Origin: the human T2T-CHM13v2.0 reference genome, Homo sapiens
DNA: 64,000 nt
Direction: 5' to 3' (one strand)
Assembly: GCF_009914755.1 (NCBI RefSeq)
Contig: NC_060948.1
The notes beneath the pieces were generated by a model, which did not search any database, had not been told where the DNA came from, and saw only the letters and a program-made list of their open reading frames with translations. The position numbers and the translations under genes are program-made. This document shows positions 51,741-64,000 of this stretch, piece after piece; within the stretch, counting starts at the first letter, position 1; the number at the start of each line of letters is the position of its first letter.

Positions 51741-54296
51741 CTGAGGGCTCGCTGACCTACCGGGTGCCAGAGAGGCTGCGGCAGGGTTTCTGTGGCGTGG
51801 GTCGGGCAGCACAGGCCTTGGTGTGTGCGAGTGCCAAGGAGGGCACCGCCTTCAGGATGGAGGCTGTACAGGAGGGGGCGGCCGGGGTGGAGAGTGAGCA
51901 GGCGGCTTTGGGGGAGGAGGCGGTGCTGCTGTTGGATGACATAATGGCGGAGGTGGAGGTGGTGGCGGAGGAGGAGGGCCTCGTGGAGCGGCGGGAGGAG
52001 GCCCAGCGGGCACAGCAGGCTGTGCCTGGCCCTGGGCCCATGACCCCAGAGTCTGCACTGGAGGAGCTGCTGGCCGTTCAGGTGGAGCTGGAGCCGGTTA
52101 ATGCCCAAGCCAGGAAGGCCTTTTCTCGGCAGCGGGAAAAGATGGAGCGGAGGCGCAAGCCCCACCTAGACCGCAGAGGCGCCGTCATCCAGAGCGTCCC
52201 TGGCTTCTGGGCCAATGTTGTATCCTTCTCAGTGTTTCTTCGGCCTTTCTAGTGGAGAGGTGCTCTCGGGGAAGTGTAAGTGACCGATGGGCAGCTCGGC
52301 GTCGATGTGACTCTTTGGGGAACAAAGGGGAGTTGCCACGGACCAGTGTGGCTGTGGAAAGCCGGAGCAGGCGTGGGTACTATTGTCCTGCATGCGGCAG
52401 AGAAACCCTTGGTGATGCCGAGCAGCAGACGTTTGGGGCATCTTTTTGAAGAGCAGAAGCGAGTTCAGAGCGGAAGAGGTTTTTCAGTGAATGAAGCTAT
52501 TTTTAAGGGAGTGTGATTGCTGCCCCTTGCTAGTCCGATCTGGGACTGGGCGTCTTCGGCTATAAGCAGATTCTGCCACTCCTCAGACACCAGCAAGTCT
52601 CTGCAAATCGCGCCTCCCCATGTCAGTGCAGTCAGCCTCAGAATCATACACCCTCTGTGAACACAGGAGGCCTTAGTTTACGGGGACGGGGAGGCGAAAG
52701 GAGATCATACATGGAAGCAGATCTGAGAAATCCCCTACCCCAGCCTCTGGGTGCTCTTAGGCCTTCTTCCCTGTTGCTCCTCGCTTTCCCTTCCATCGTG
52801 TGTAAAGTCTCTTTGACCTAAATCAGATTGCAAACCACCCCCAGATGTCAGCCCTGATCACTGACGAAGATGAAGACATGCTGAGCTACATGGTCAGCCT
52901 GGAGGTGAGGCCAGGAAGACTGGGGCTAGAGGGTTTAGCGGGGGAGGGTAAGGGAAATAATTCATTCCTGTAAGCAAGAGTGAGCACCTCACCCGAAAAC
53001 CTATCTAAGCTTTCTCCACCTTGTCCTGACAGGTGGAAGAAGAGAAGCATCCTGTTCATCTCTGCAAGATCATGTTGTTCTTTCGGAGTAACCCCTACTT
53101 CCAGAATAAAGTGATTACCAAGGAATATCTGGTGAACATCACAGGTGACAGGTGGCTCCCAGGATGGGTAGTGGAAGGAAGATGGTGGGTGGATCATTGC
53201 CAACGGGATCCAGCCCCCTTCCCACAAAAACTCCTGTCTCTGTAGAATACAGGGCTTCTCATTCCACTCCAATTGAGTGGTATCCGGATTATGAAGTGGA
53301 GGCCTATCGCCGCAGACACCACAACAGCAGCCTTAACTTCTTCAACTGGTTCTCTGACCACAACTTCGCAGGATCTAACAAGATTGCTGAGGTGAGTCCT
53401 CACTGGGAAACATGAGGAATGACCCCGTGTGTTCCCAGCTGCTTGGGTCACCTTTCTGAGCCCTGATGAGGCCTTTCCCGATTGAGTCCCCTGACAGATC
53501 CTATGTAAGGACCTGTGGCGCAATCCCCTGCAATACTACAAGAGGATGAAGCCACCTGAAGAGGGAACAGAGACGTCAGGTGAGCCGTTAGTTGGCACTG
53601 GAGCTGTTTGATGCCCAGTATAAGGGGGTTGACACACCTGCCTATTCAGGGAGCCTGGGTGCTCATTTCAGAAATGTAGAAATTGAGGCTCCTTTCGTAC
53701 ATGTAGAAATTCCTTGAGAGGAAGACAGAGAGTGACAGAATCCAGGACGTTCATGGCATTGGGCTGAAAAGGCACGTTAGAGACTGCACTGCAAAGCGGG
53801 TGATAGCTGTGGAGTCTTAAGCCCAGTGAAGAATCGTCCATTTCCAGAATCAATGAGAAGTAAAGCTGAAAATCATTCAGTTCAGTCTGTGGCACTTGAT
53901 TCCACGGCTGTCAACCCCACCGGCAGTCATCCCACCAACCCCATGAGATTGGGCTCCCTGAATGTGCGTCCTGGTCATCCTTGCCCCAAACCACAAAGGA
54001 CTGTTTAGATTGATGGATTTCCTTAAGCTGTTGCCCCATCAGACTTGTGTGTGCTTTTAGGGCCCAGTGCATCTTGTTAGCTGACTCCCCTCACAGACAA
54101 TACTGGGAATGGGGCAGGGATTGCGCAGAACAGTTTGTAACACGTGGTAGGAGGAAGTTTAAGGGATCACAAATGGGGAAGGGATATCCTTTTCTCAGCG
54201 GGCCCCACAATTGAAACATTTCAAAGTATGGCTCAGAGAAAATGCGTTTTAACATGAGTTTGTGTTTCTCTAGGGGACTCCCAGTTGTTGAGTTGA
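51734..54296 (+). CDS. TSPY1: Testis-specific Y-encoded protein (TSPY array copy), 308 aa, 6 coding exons
   Basis: Exons 51734-52219, 52827-52904, 53033-53144, 53246-53391, 53498-53579, 54274-54296. Intact frame and splice sites. Paralog number not assignable. Confidence 0.96.
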
Positions 54297-57207
54297 ATAT
54301 GATGGAGCATCAGATTTTACCTAATACAGCAGAACTCCTAAAAAGTTACAGCCATATGCAGGACGGCAGTACTCAGCATGGTCTTATGCACAGGAACTAA
54401 AGGAAAAAGAGATCGAGTCACAAAAATTCAGGAAGAGGGGGTAAATGTGGATTGTATGGAATGAAAAATAAACATTCTCAAGGATGTGTGACTCTGTGTC
54501 TGTGTGTGTGTGTGTGTGTCTTTGAGTTTGTGTGTGTGTGTGTGTGTGTATGTTTATCCACTTTATTCGGGTGTCATAATGAATTGATCAATCCACGTGC
54601 TTTATTCTCTTCATGGAAATAACCAGTCTGCGTTGGAGCTGGGCCTCTAAAGTTGTAGAGTGAATGGGTGTGGGATGTGTTGGGATTCTTCCTACAGGAC
54701 AGAGTGGGAGAGGTAAAAGCAAAAGACAGCTTAGTTGGAGGCTGACTTCGTCCTGTGGAAGCAGAGATAGTTCAAGGAAAGGGGTTACTGGGTTTCCAGG
54801 GCCCAGTTTGCTGGGACCTCCAAAATCCTTCATTTTGGGTATCATCATACACAGTAGCTAAGCACAGGATGATGGAAATCTTAAAGTTCGCTTTCGTGTT
54901 GAATCCACATGTTCTTTTAAAGGTGAATGCATGATCCTTTTCTGGGACAATCAGCCTCTCAGGACTTCTGAAACATCAACGTGAGAAGAAATGGGCATGT
55001 AAGGTGTATGGAGGGACTGTGGGAAAGGTGACAGAGGCATGTGGGAAGGCATTCAGGATACGCTTTTGGCAGAGATGACTAAGGGAAAACAGAAACTTAC
55101 AGAAGTGAGGGGAAAGGGGGTGGATTAGTGGAATATAAGATTGTTGGAGAATCCATCCATGGACTCTCTTGTCACTTGATGACCCAGGATATGGACACTC
55201 TTGTTGATGTTTACATCTTTAGTTGTTTTAAGCTTTTCTCCAAGATTCTGTGTTAGGTGAGGAGCCAATAACGTATGTAGCTAACAACAGTACGAGTGCA
55301 TTTTGTGCTCTTGCAAAGTCTAGTGAGGCTCTATTCTCCCTCGTGATTGGCACTGCAGATTGTATCTGGAGCCCAGGGCCCCTAAATTTTCTGTGGCCTC
55401 TTCAGCATAGTTTGCCTAAGGTTTAGAACGTAAAGCGAATATAGTTGCGGAATATGTTTTGCAAGCCTCACACAGGAGGACAAAACATACAGCTTTCATT
55501 CGCGAGTGGGAGGCTGCTTCCCAGGAACACGTGTGTCTGCACAAGACAAGGGGTTGCCTCTGTCAAGGATGGGGCAGGAGGATTTCAGTGTCGGAGGCAG
55601 AACTTTCTTTCCTGTTCCCAGATGAAACAGTTCCAACACGAGCATCCATGTTGACCACACGCTACTAGAGTGCTAACATTGCTGTCCCGTATAGACTCTG
55701 GTCAGCACAGCTTCTGTGAGAAGAGCTATGTTGTTTCAGGGAAGAGGGTTTGACAGTCAAAGTTCCTGAATCTGTTGTGGTGCCTGCAATATGCATTCTA
55801 CCCCTCCTGCTCGGTGTCAAAGCAGTTGAGCTTTGAAAATCTATCGCCCGGTTTTGTCCCTGCTCCTATGCAGACCTCTGAAGCTCTGGAGCGGGAGTCT
55901 TGTCCTCCTCTGACTACCGTCCCCCTGACCCACAAACACAGGAGAAACAGGTGTTCTAAGCAAATTATTCTGAAAACAGTCGGAACCCTTTGGCCCCCTC
56001 AAGCTGCCCTGTATCCTACTGTGTGCATGTCAAAGACACTGTGGTCCAGTACGGTATCCCTATAGCGGCAATGGGGCAACAGATTGGTGTGTGCACTCTG
56101 GGCAACTCAGATTAGGAAACGTCTGGGGACTTGCCTATAACGAGGTCGTCTTAAAACGTGTTGCCCCAAATTTAAGGCATAGGAAAATGTTGAGGAAAGG
56201 GTCTTGCAATGATTTTTCTAGGAGGTAAATAGATAAGAAAATGACCGTAAATAGATGCCAGGGCTAGTTTTGGAGCTAGCCTGTTTTAAAGTGGTGGTAG
56301 GGGAGGAGCTTTTTCCAAGGCAGGTAGCAAACCAGGAACTGTCTACGATGGATGGGCGTGCCACGGGTTGGTGGCTCAGCCATATTGCCACCCCACCGAG
56401 TGAATGCAGCAGACTGGGCTTCTTCCTTGAATCCTACGTGCAATTCAGTCTAGTGATTTCACATGAGATCCCTTCTTCTGGTATTATCACAGATCGTGCT
56501 GAATTATACAGGCTGTGTAATGCTTCTTCCACTGAATATCCGTGCACGTGGGCCACAGATGCTAAGGGCACTGACAAATTTGCACCGTGCCTCAGTAACT
56601 CGGAAGCACATCTGTGATTTGTACCGACAGGGACTTGGTGTCTTTTCGTGTTTAAAGTAGCACGTGTGTGTTTGTGGTTGCGTATGTTTATTTCTCTGTG
56701 CGGGTTTGTATATTTTCTCTGACTCCACCTGTGTCTCCGTGGTTCCGATATTTTTCCACACTCCCTGCGACAATTTGCACATGCCTATCTCTACAACCAT
56801 TGTAGACTTTGTATCTGTGTCTTTGAACATCTGTCACTCTCTCTCCCTTCCTTTTTTCTTTTCCTTCCTTTACACCCCTTTCATCCTTCCCTTGCTTCCC
56901 CACCACACTCTCTCCATCTGTATCGTCTATGTTTCTATTCTCTATCTGGGTTTACTTTCTAATTCTGAATTCAAGGGCATTGAATTGAAAAGAAGCACTC
57001 TTCGTACTTTTATGTGTTTTAACTCATTTGGGGAATTTGGCGTGGTATTATTTACAGGGTTCTCTCTGCCCTTTCTCATTGTTCTCCCCAGCCGGGGCTG
57101 TTATTATGTGAAAGCTGGTTTCCTTCATCACATCGCGTAGGCTCTAATGATGTTTCGTTTATTTTGATTCTCCTCACACTACATAGTTTTAATTTACCTA
57201 ATGTGAC

Positions 57208-57515
57208 TGTTTTTTTGTTTGTTTTCCGAGAATGGGTCTTACTCTGTCTTCTAGGTTGGACAGCAGCCCCACGATCTCAGCCCACTGCAGCCCAGGCACC
57301 ACACACCCATGTGATCCTGTCAACTCAGACTCTCACACACCTGGCAGTACAGGTGCATGCCACCCCTCCAAGCTATGTATTAATTAACTAAATACTTACT
57401 TTTTGAATGTGGGTCCATGTTGCCCCAGGCTCATCTGGAACTCCTGAGTGCAGGCAATCCTCCCACCTCAGCTTATCAAAGTGCTGGGATGACAGGTGTG
57501 ACCCATGGCCCTGCC
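57208..57515 (-). mobile_element. Old Alu (AluJ-like), unit 3
   Basis: Copy of 16653-16960. Confidence 0.85.
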
Positions 57516-57900
57516 ATGGCTTTGTGTTTTTTGCTTTTTTCTTCCTCCTCCTCACGTCTTGTTTTGAAACATGCACTGAAGGTTTCAATTCATGGACTAT
57601 AGTCTCTGTGCCTGGAATTTCTATCTTTCAACTCATCATCAGCATTCATTGGGATTTTCATATATATATACACCTATATAAGAATACCTATGTACACACA
57701 TATATACGTATATACATGTATATACGTATATATGCACATTTATATACGTATATACATGTATATACGTATATATATACATGTACACATATGTATTTATTTC
57801 TCAAGTTACGAAACGGCTTGCATTCTTTCCTGTGTCATGAAAAAGACTTTGCTAGAAAAGAAAAGCACTGCTTTATAATAAAATATTTTATTTGCATTTA

Positions 57901-59691
57901 TTTTGTTAAGGCATTTTAAAAATTGTATGTTTGTTTAAAAAATGTCATATGAAATGATACATATTTACAACTTAAGGCGTGATGTTCAACAGGTCATATA
58001 CATTATGCATTGGATACATCCAGCCAATCAACATATGTGTGACCTCACATAGTTGTCATTTTTGTTGTGAAAAAACTTGACCTGCACTGTATTCGAATAT
58101 TTTTAGAGAAAGAATATGTTACCACTAGTTATAGTGAGCATGCTGAAGAAAATATTTTTAACCTATTCCTCCTTTATAACTAGAAGTATGAGTTCTTCAT
58201 CCAGCATCTCGTCAGTGCACCCTCTTCACCGCAGTCATTGGAGTCACTACTTCTGTGAAGTCCGCTTTTTTGATTTCATATAAGAATGAGATCATGTGCT
58301 ATTTTCCTTTCTGATACCTGGCTTATGTCACTTAACAGAATGGCATGCACACATTCAGCAGATTCCCACACATTCTCACAACTGGCAGGATTTCCTGATT
58401 TCTTATTGCAGCGCATATTTCCGTTGCGCATATGCGTTTTTGCCCCATTTTTTAATCCACTTATCAATGGAGGGACACTCAGGTTGCTTCCGCATTTTGG
58501 CTACAGCAAAAATGTAATGAGTGCAGCAATAATTGCATGGGTGCGCGCACCGCTTCAACATACTGATCTGTGTACTGGCGGGCGTGCCCGGGTATTCTGA
58601 TTTGCTGGATCATATAGTGGGTGGTTCTACTTGTAGATTTCTGAAGGCTGTTTATACTTAAATAAGAGCCATAAAGCTTCTTTAATGCCAGCACTAATTT
58701 ACATTCTCCCCAAAAGTGAGCAGGGAATTCGTTTTCTCTGCCTCCTCACCAGAGATTAGGGTTTTCTTTTCTTTCTTTTTTTTTTTTTGTTTGTTTGTCT
58801 TTCGGATAATATGCATTCTGACTGAAGTGAGAAGAAATCTCATTGTGTTTTTGATTTGCATTTTCGTGATGGATTGGGGATAATGAGGAATTTTTAGTGT
58901 GTCTTCTGGGCAACTGTATGTCTCAGTTTCACAAATGAGTCTTCGCAGCCTTCGCCCATTTGTTTTCATGCTATTGAGTTGTTGGGAGTTCCTTATGTAC
59001 TGTGACTATTCCCCCATGAACAGATGTATGGTGATCCAATCATTGCTCCCATCCTGTAGGATGCCCCTTCTGTATGTTGAGTTTTCTATGGTGTGGTGAA
59101 GCACTTTAGTTTGATATGATTCCATTCTCTATTTTTGATGGTGTTTACTGTGTTCTTGCAGTCACTTTGAGACCATCATTGCACACACGGACGCCATGGA
59201 GCTTCTTCCTTGTGATCTCTTCTGCTATTTTTATCGTTTCACATCTGACACTGGAGTTTGGTGATAAATAATCCACTTGTAAAATCCTTTGTGTGGCTAT
59301 TCAGATTTCCCCAACCTAGTTTATAGAAGATACTTGATTTTGCATTGGGCGTTCTTGCTTCTTTGGGAAAAGGCTGTGAGCTGCAAATGCAGTGACTTAG
59401 TTCTGGGCTCCTGTTGTTTTTCCTAAGCTCTAGTCTCTGCTTTTCTGCCAGTGCTATTGTATTTTGGTACAAAAAGTTTTGTAGTAGTATATCATGAAGT
59501 TAGGTAGTGGGGTGGCTCCAGCTTTGTGCTTTTTACTGGATTGCTCTGGGTTTTCAGGATCTTCTGCCATTTCATAGCAAATTTGGGATTCCCAGATTGT
59601 TTTCTAAGAAGAATGTGTCATTGATATTTTTACAGGGGTTGTATAGAATCTGAGGATGACTCAGGTAGTAGTGATGTCAATGCCGTTTAGA
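57901..59691 (-). mobile_element. L1 (L1MA-like) fragment, unit 3
   Basis: Copy of 17345-19135. Confidence 0.88.
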
Positions 59692-59725
59692 CAATGTGCG
59701 TGTTTGTGTGCACATGCTCAGGGCC

Positions 59726-61157
59726 AAGAGACACTGGGTGTCCTCACCAATACTGAGGTGGGCCTTAATATCCAGCCAGATTGCCTTCTGGAAACACACG
59801 GAATGTCCTGTTCTGTTTTGCCATCTCTTCACATTTCCTCCCCTGTGAGCCCTGTGTGGTCCTCCAGATTCCCTGTGCGGTGGCCTGCCTTTTTTGGGGT
59901 GGGGAGTTGCTGGGTGAATGAGGATGGCGGAGGGAACCAAGTATGTCAGTGGAGCGTGGTGTCATCCAAACGGTACTTAGCAGGCCTGGGAGAGTCATTC
60001 TGGGAGGACGCAGACCTAGAGAGGCCTCAGGTGGGCATCTGTGTGGAGGGTGAGAGATCCCTGGTTGAGCCCAAACTGAACCCCAGGTAGAAGCAAGCCT
60101 CAGGACAGGGAAGTAGCTAGCAAGGGATGATGAGGCAGCTATCTCTTGACCCTGGCTTCCCACCCATTGACCTTAGCTACTTATGCCTATTAAGCAGATT
60201 ACGGTTCCCCCATCGTGAAATGTGGGTACCACAGTTCCCTGATGGGCATTTCTCCACCAGCCCATGATGGCCTGAGTTTCCTTACTGCAGTCTCCTCCCT
60301 GAGCCTTGGCTTCTCTATGTGTGTCCTAACTCCAGGACCCACAGGCCTGTCAACCCCCAGCCCTGGGCTGCTTCCCTGGCCTCTTCTCTGTTCCCTCTCT
60401 GAGGGCCTAACTCCCTTGGGTAGTGCTGCAGAATATAGAGCCACAGGCCCTGGCTGATGATCTGGTGGACTGGGCAAATTGGTCGTGACAGGTCAGGTTC
60501 TGGTTCAAAGCCAATTCCTCCGATGCCAAGGAATGTCGAAGAAGGTCCTTTGCCATGATGCCCCATAGCTGCCCCACCTCAGCAATCGTGCCGTAACCTG
60601 GGCCCTCACAGTCAGACAACCAGCTGAAGAAGCTCAGGCAGTGACCTGCGGGAAACTCGGGCTTTCACCTGCATGACCCTAGAACCACTGGACTGCAGTG
60701 GAGCCAGTCGCCCTGTATCCTGGAGGGAGACGAGTCAGGAAGGCGCACGCCAGGCCCAGCTCCCGAGGTACTACCCCCTGTACTCCTCAGGGAGGATGCC
60801 AACGCAATACTCCTTAGTCATCACTTTGTTTCCGAAGTAAATGTTGTGATGAAAGGCAAACTTCTTCCTACCCCTTGTATTCAGGGTGGCCGAGTTCCTC
60901 CACCTGCCTGTCCAAGAAGGAGAAACAGGGCTGTGAAGGGGCAATTTCATCTAGGTGGGCTGAGGTGGCATTCTAGCCGGGGTGAAGCATGCGTTTCCCC
61001 TTCCCAGCTTTCCCGCTGAGACACACCTGAGCCCCAGAAGGACCTCAACCTGACCAGGACCTTAGCACCCTCCCCCAGACCCAGGCTTTCCATCCTGACC
61101 TGCAAATCCAACATGCAGCTTTGAAGGACTTTCTCATGGTTTCTGAGCTCCTTGCTC
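59726..61157 (-). pseudogene. Degenerate TSPY-family paralog B, unit 3/4 junction
   Basis: Copy of 19170-20600 at offset ~+40556. Confidence 0.8.
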
Positions 61158-63194
61158 TCACCAGAAAGAATCAGAACTTTTAAAGTGTTCTTTATGCCAA
61201 CTTAAATTTTTCATTTTTACTACCTCATGTTTTGGATGAGGCATGTATTTTTAAATTTATTTTCACCCTTATTGTACCTCTATGATAAACTGCTTGCTTA
61301 CATTCATACCGTAATTATCTCTCAGGTTACTTGTCTGTTCCTAAAGATTCACTGAAACGAAGAATTCTATATATGCTTGTATCTTTCAGCAACCGTATGT
61401 CAGATAGCACTGCACATTACTGCAGACATCGCATATACAGGTCCAAAGGTAGAGGAAGAAGAAGAAAGCAAGCGTTAAACTCTATTCATTCCTAAAAGCA
61501 TATCAGAAACTCACAAATAACAGTGAAATCAAAGAATGATCACAGCCAATTCCATTACATACCTAGACTGAAATACGAAACTTCAAAGAAAAGAAACATT
61601 AGAACTTTGGGTTTGTAAAAATTTTCCTATATAGATAAAATTATTGGTAACTGTGTCTCACTAGAAAACGTAAACAAAAATCCATGTTTTTCATATTTGT
61701 AAATATACATAGTTTTATTTCCATCAGTTATGACATGCAAGCAAGTAATAAAGTGAAAGTACAATCAAATGATATATGGAACTTCCTCAGTCTTAAAATA
61801 TTCCATGGAGACTATCAATTTTATGAAAACTATAAAGAATGCTTCATGAAACTACATTGTACAGTGCCATTTACTATTTTACTGACATTTTAAATAATCA
61901 ACAATTAAAGGGAATACGTCAACATTATTTAATACCAATAACGTTATTTTTCTTGAGTAATCCTGTTGAAATTAAGGATTTTAAATAAAACATTAAAAAC
62001 AAATTATATTGACTGATTTCAGCTTTGGATGAAATCATACTTGTGTATTTGTAGTAATGCGAAGCATAACTTTCTCCTCACAATTAATCTTTTATAACAT
62101 CGGTGTTATAGTTTTCTCTGACACCAACATTGTGATATCGCACAGGTTTACTGCATGCATGCATTACATGCCTCCAGAGAGTAGGCTTCAAATATATGGA
62201 AAAATTATATTTATGAAAAAATTCTAGGAAAGGGAATGGTGAAATGGAAGAGAATTTCTCACTTGCTAACTGTTGGACATGGATTTGTATATATTTGGAT
62301 ATAGACACATACTGGCACACTGTGAGTTTGCCCATGTATATATACACTTATATGAGAAACCCATAATATATGGGTTGTGTAATCTTTTAATTAATCCATA
62401 ATTGTATGTGTGTGAAATTAGATAAGCGGTTACCTTTTCTTTACTCAATTTGATGGAAAGCCAAAAAACTCTGTCCACCTTCATTTCAATTAATCCAATA
62501 CTGTTAACTGCTGGTAGCTTCATTCTCCTTGTTCTCTTACGGCAACCGGAAAGTTAATTCTCGCTCTAATTTGGCTTTCAAGGTGCGATCAACAAGAGTG
62601 TCACCTTGCTGTGGATTGTGACCTCTGACTCCACCTCTGTCTTCCTTTTGCAGTCCTACCTTTGCATAGGTAACAAACTTTGTACATGGTTAAAAGGATA
62701 AAAGTTCAGTGAAATGTCAAGCCATGCTGTGAAATGTTCCATAGTTTCTATATCTCTAATTGTCCTTTGATGTTATAGAGGCAAGAAAAATAATTCAATG
62801 TTTTTCTTAGTATCTAGTCCAATGCACTCTTTCTTCATAATACTGCAAACAAGGCACTGACATGGAAACGTGGCTGGACGTCTCAAAATCTCTTCTCATT
62901 AATTACCATTATGTTAATCACTGTTGCCCACAACTGGAATTGGACTTTGAAATCCCCTGGTGGAAATTGCTATAATGGCTCAAACTACTGGAAAGACTAT
63001 CTTTTTTTTACCTGAAAATATCTGATGAGCATAGACGTATGCTATATACAGGAACATATTGTACATTAACAACATACCATCACTGCCACTCAATAATAGG
63101 TATCCCAAACCTTTGAGCCAAACTGAGCTCGGGTGCTCCCACAAACCAAGCTTTTCCCTCCACAGATTTCTTATGTCAAAAAGCCACAACTCCA

Positions 63195-63500
63195 GGCCAG
63201 GCTTCGTGGCTCTTGTTGTAATTTCTACATTTTGGGAGGCCGAGGTTGGTGGGTCACTTGAGGTCAGGAGTTGGAGACCAGCATGGGCAACATGGCAAAA
63301 AGCTGTCTCTACCAAAAATACAAAAATTAGCCAGACCTAGTGGCACTTTCCTGTGGTCCCAGCTACTTGGGAGGCTGAGGCAGGAGAACCACCTGAACAT
63401 GGGTGGCAGAGATTGTATAGTAAGCCAAGATCAGACTACTGCACTCCAGCCTGGATGACACAGCGAGACCATGACTGAAAAAAGAAAAAAAAAAAATAAA
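63195..63500 (+). mobile_element. Alu SINE, unit 4
   Basis: Copy of 2377-2669. Confidence 0.92.
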
Positions 63501-63545
63501 GGCAACTCCACTCGTCCACTGGCTTAGGTAAAAAGTACTGGAGTT

Positions 63546-63827
63546 GGCTGGGCTCGGTGGCTCACACCTGTATTCCCAGCACTTTGGATTTTGGGAAGCT
63601 GAGTCGGGCGGGTCACCTGAGATCTGTAGTAGGAGAGCAGCCTGGCCAACATGGTGAAGCCTGGCTTCTACTAAAAATACAAAACATTAGCTGAGCGTGG
63701 TGATGCATGCTTGTAATCCCAGCTACTGCAGAGGCTGAACCTGGGAGGCGGAGGATGTGTTGAGCTGAGATCCTGCCACTGCGCTCCAGCCTGGTCTACA
63801 GAGCGAGAGTACCCTGTGAGAAACAAA
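63546..63827 (+). mobile_element. Alu SINE, unit 4
   Basis: Copy of 2715-2996. Confidence 0.92.
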
Positions 63828-64000
63828 GGTGAAGAGAACAAGAAAAAAAAAATGAGAAAAATAAGACCCACTGCAAAAGGTTGCCACAGAAAAGATTAAA
63901 AATTTCAGCGACTTCTATCTTCTGTCATGGAAGCCAAGGTTATTTGGACCAAACCTCCTGTCTTAGTTCATTTTCACGCTGCTGAAGAAGACATACCTGA

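Larger units (their letters stand above)
40542..60817. repeat. TSPY tandem array unit 3 (20276 bp)
   Basis: Near-identical direct copy of units 1 and 2. Confidence 0.97.
60818..64000. repeat. TSPY tandem array unit 4 (partial, runs off window)
   Basis: Matches positions 1 to ~3170 of unit 1. Confidence 0.96.

Noticed and set aside
1-64000. CRISPR array, prokaryotic operon/defence system, tRNA or rRNA genes
   Set aside because: The sequence is primate genomic DNA (Alu, L1, THE1, spliceosomal introns). I saw no repeat-spacer array or structured RNA gene, and the only long periodicity is the ~20.3-kb unit.

Overview
Human (primate) Y-chromosome TSPY ampliconic tandem array (DYZ5-type ~20.3 kb unit). 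The window holds three complete units (1-20261, 20262-40541, 40542-60817) plus about 3.2 kb of a fourth, nearly identical by eye. Each unit carries one intact six-exon TSPY gene on the + strand (308 aa, SET/NAP-family testis protein). Each also carries two degenerate TSPY-family gene copies on the - strand that keep their intron-exon structure: one lies head-to-head with TSPY and is probably the FAM197Y locus, the other is a 3' fragment downstream. The remainder is old Alu, L1 and THE1 repeats, microsatellites and unassigned sequence. The locus is well known and I found no convincing new biological system. Points worth a second look: a U12-type (minor spliceosome) first intron in TSPY with an AT-starting echo in the relic, the hidden three-paralog architecture of the unit, a CCAAT-box variant that differs between copies, an NRF1-like palindrome over the start codon, mosaic paralog variants, and GC/CpG enrichment in an old L1. 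All comparisons were made by eye, so repeat and relic boundaries are approximate.
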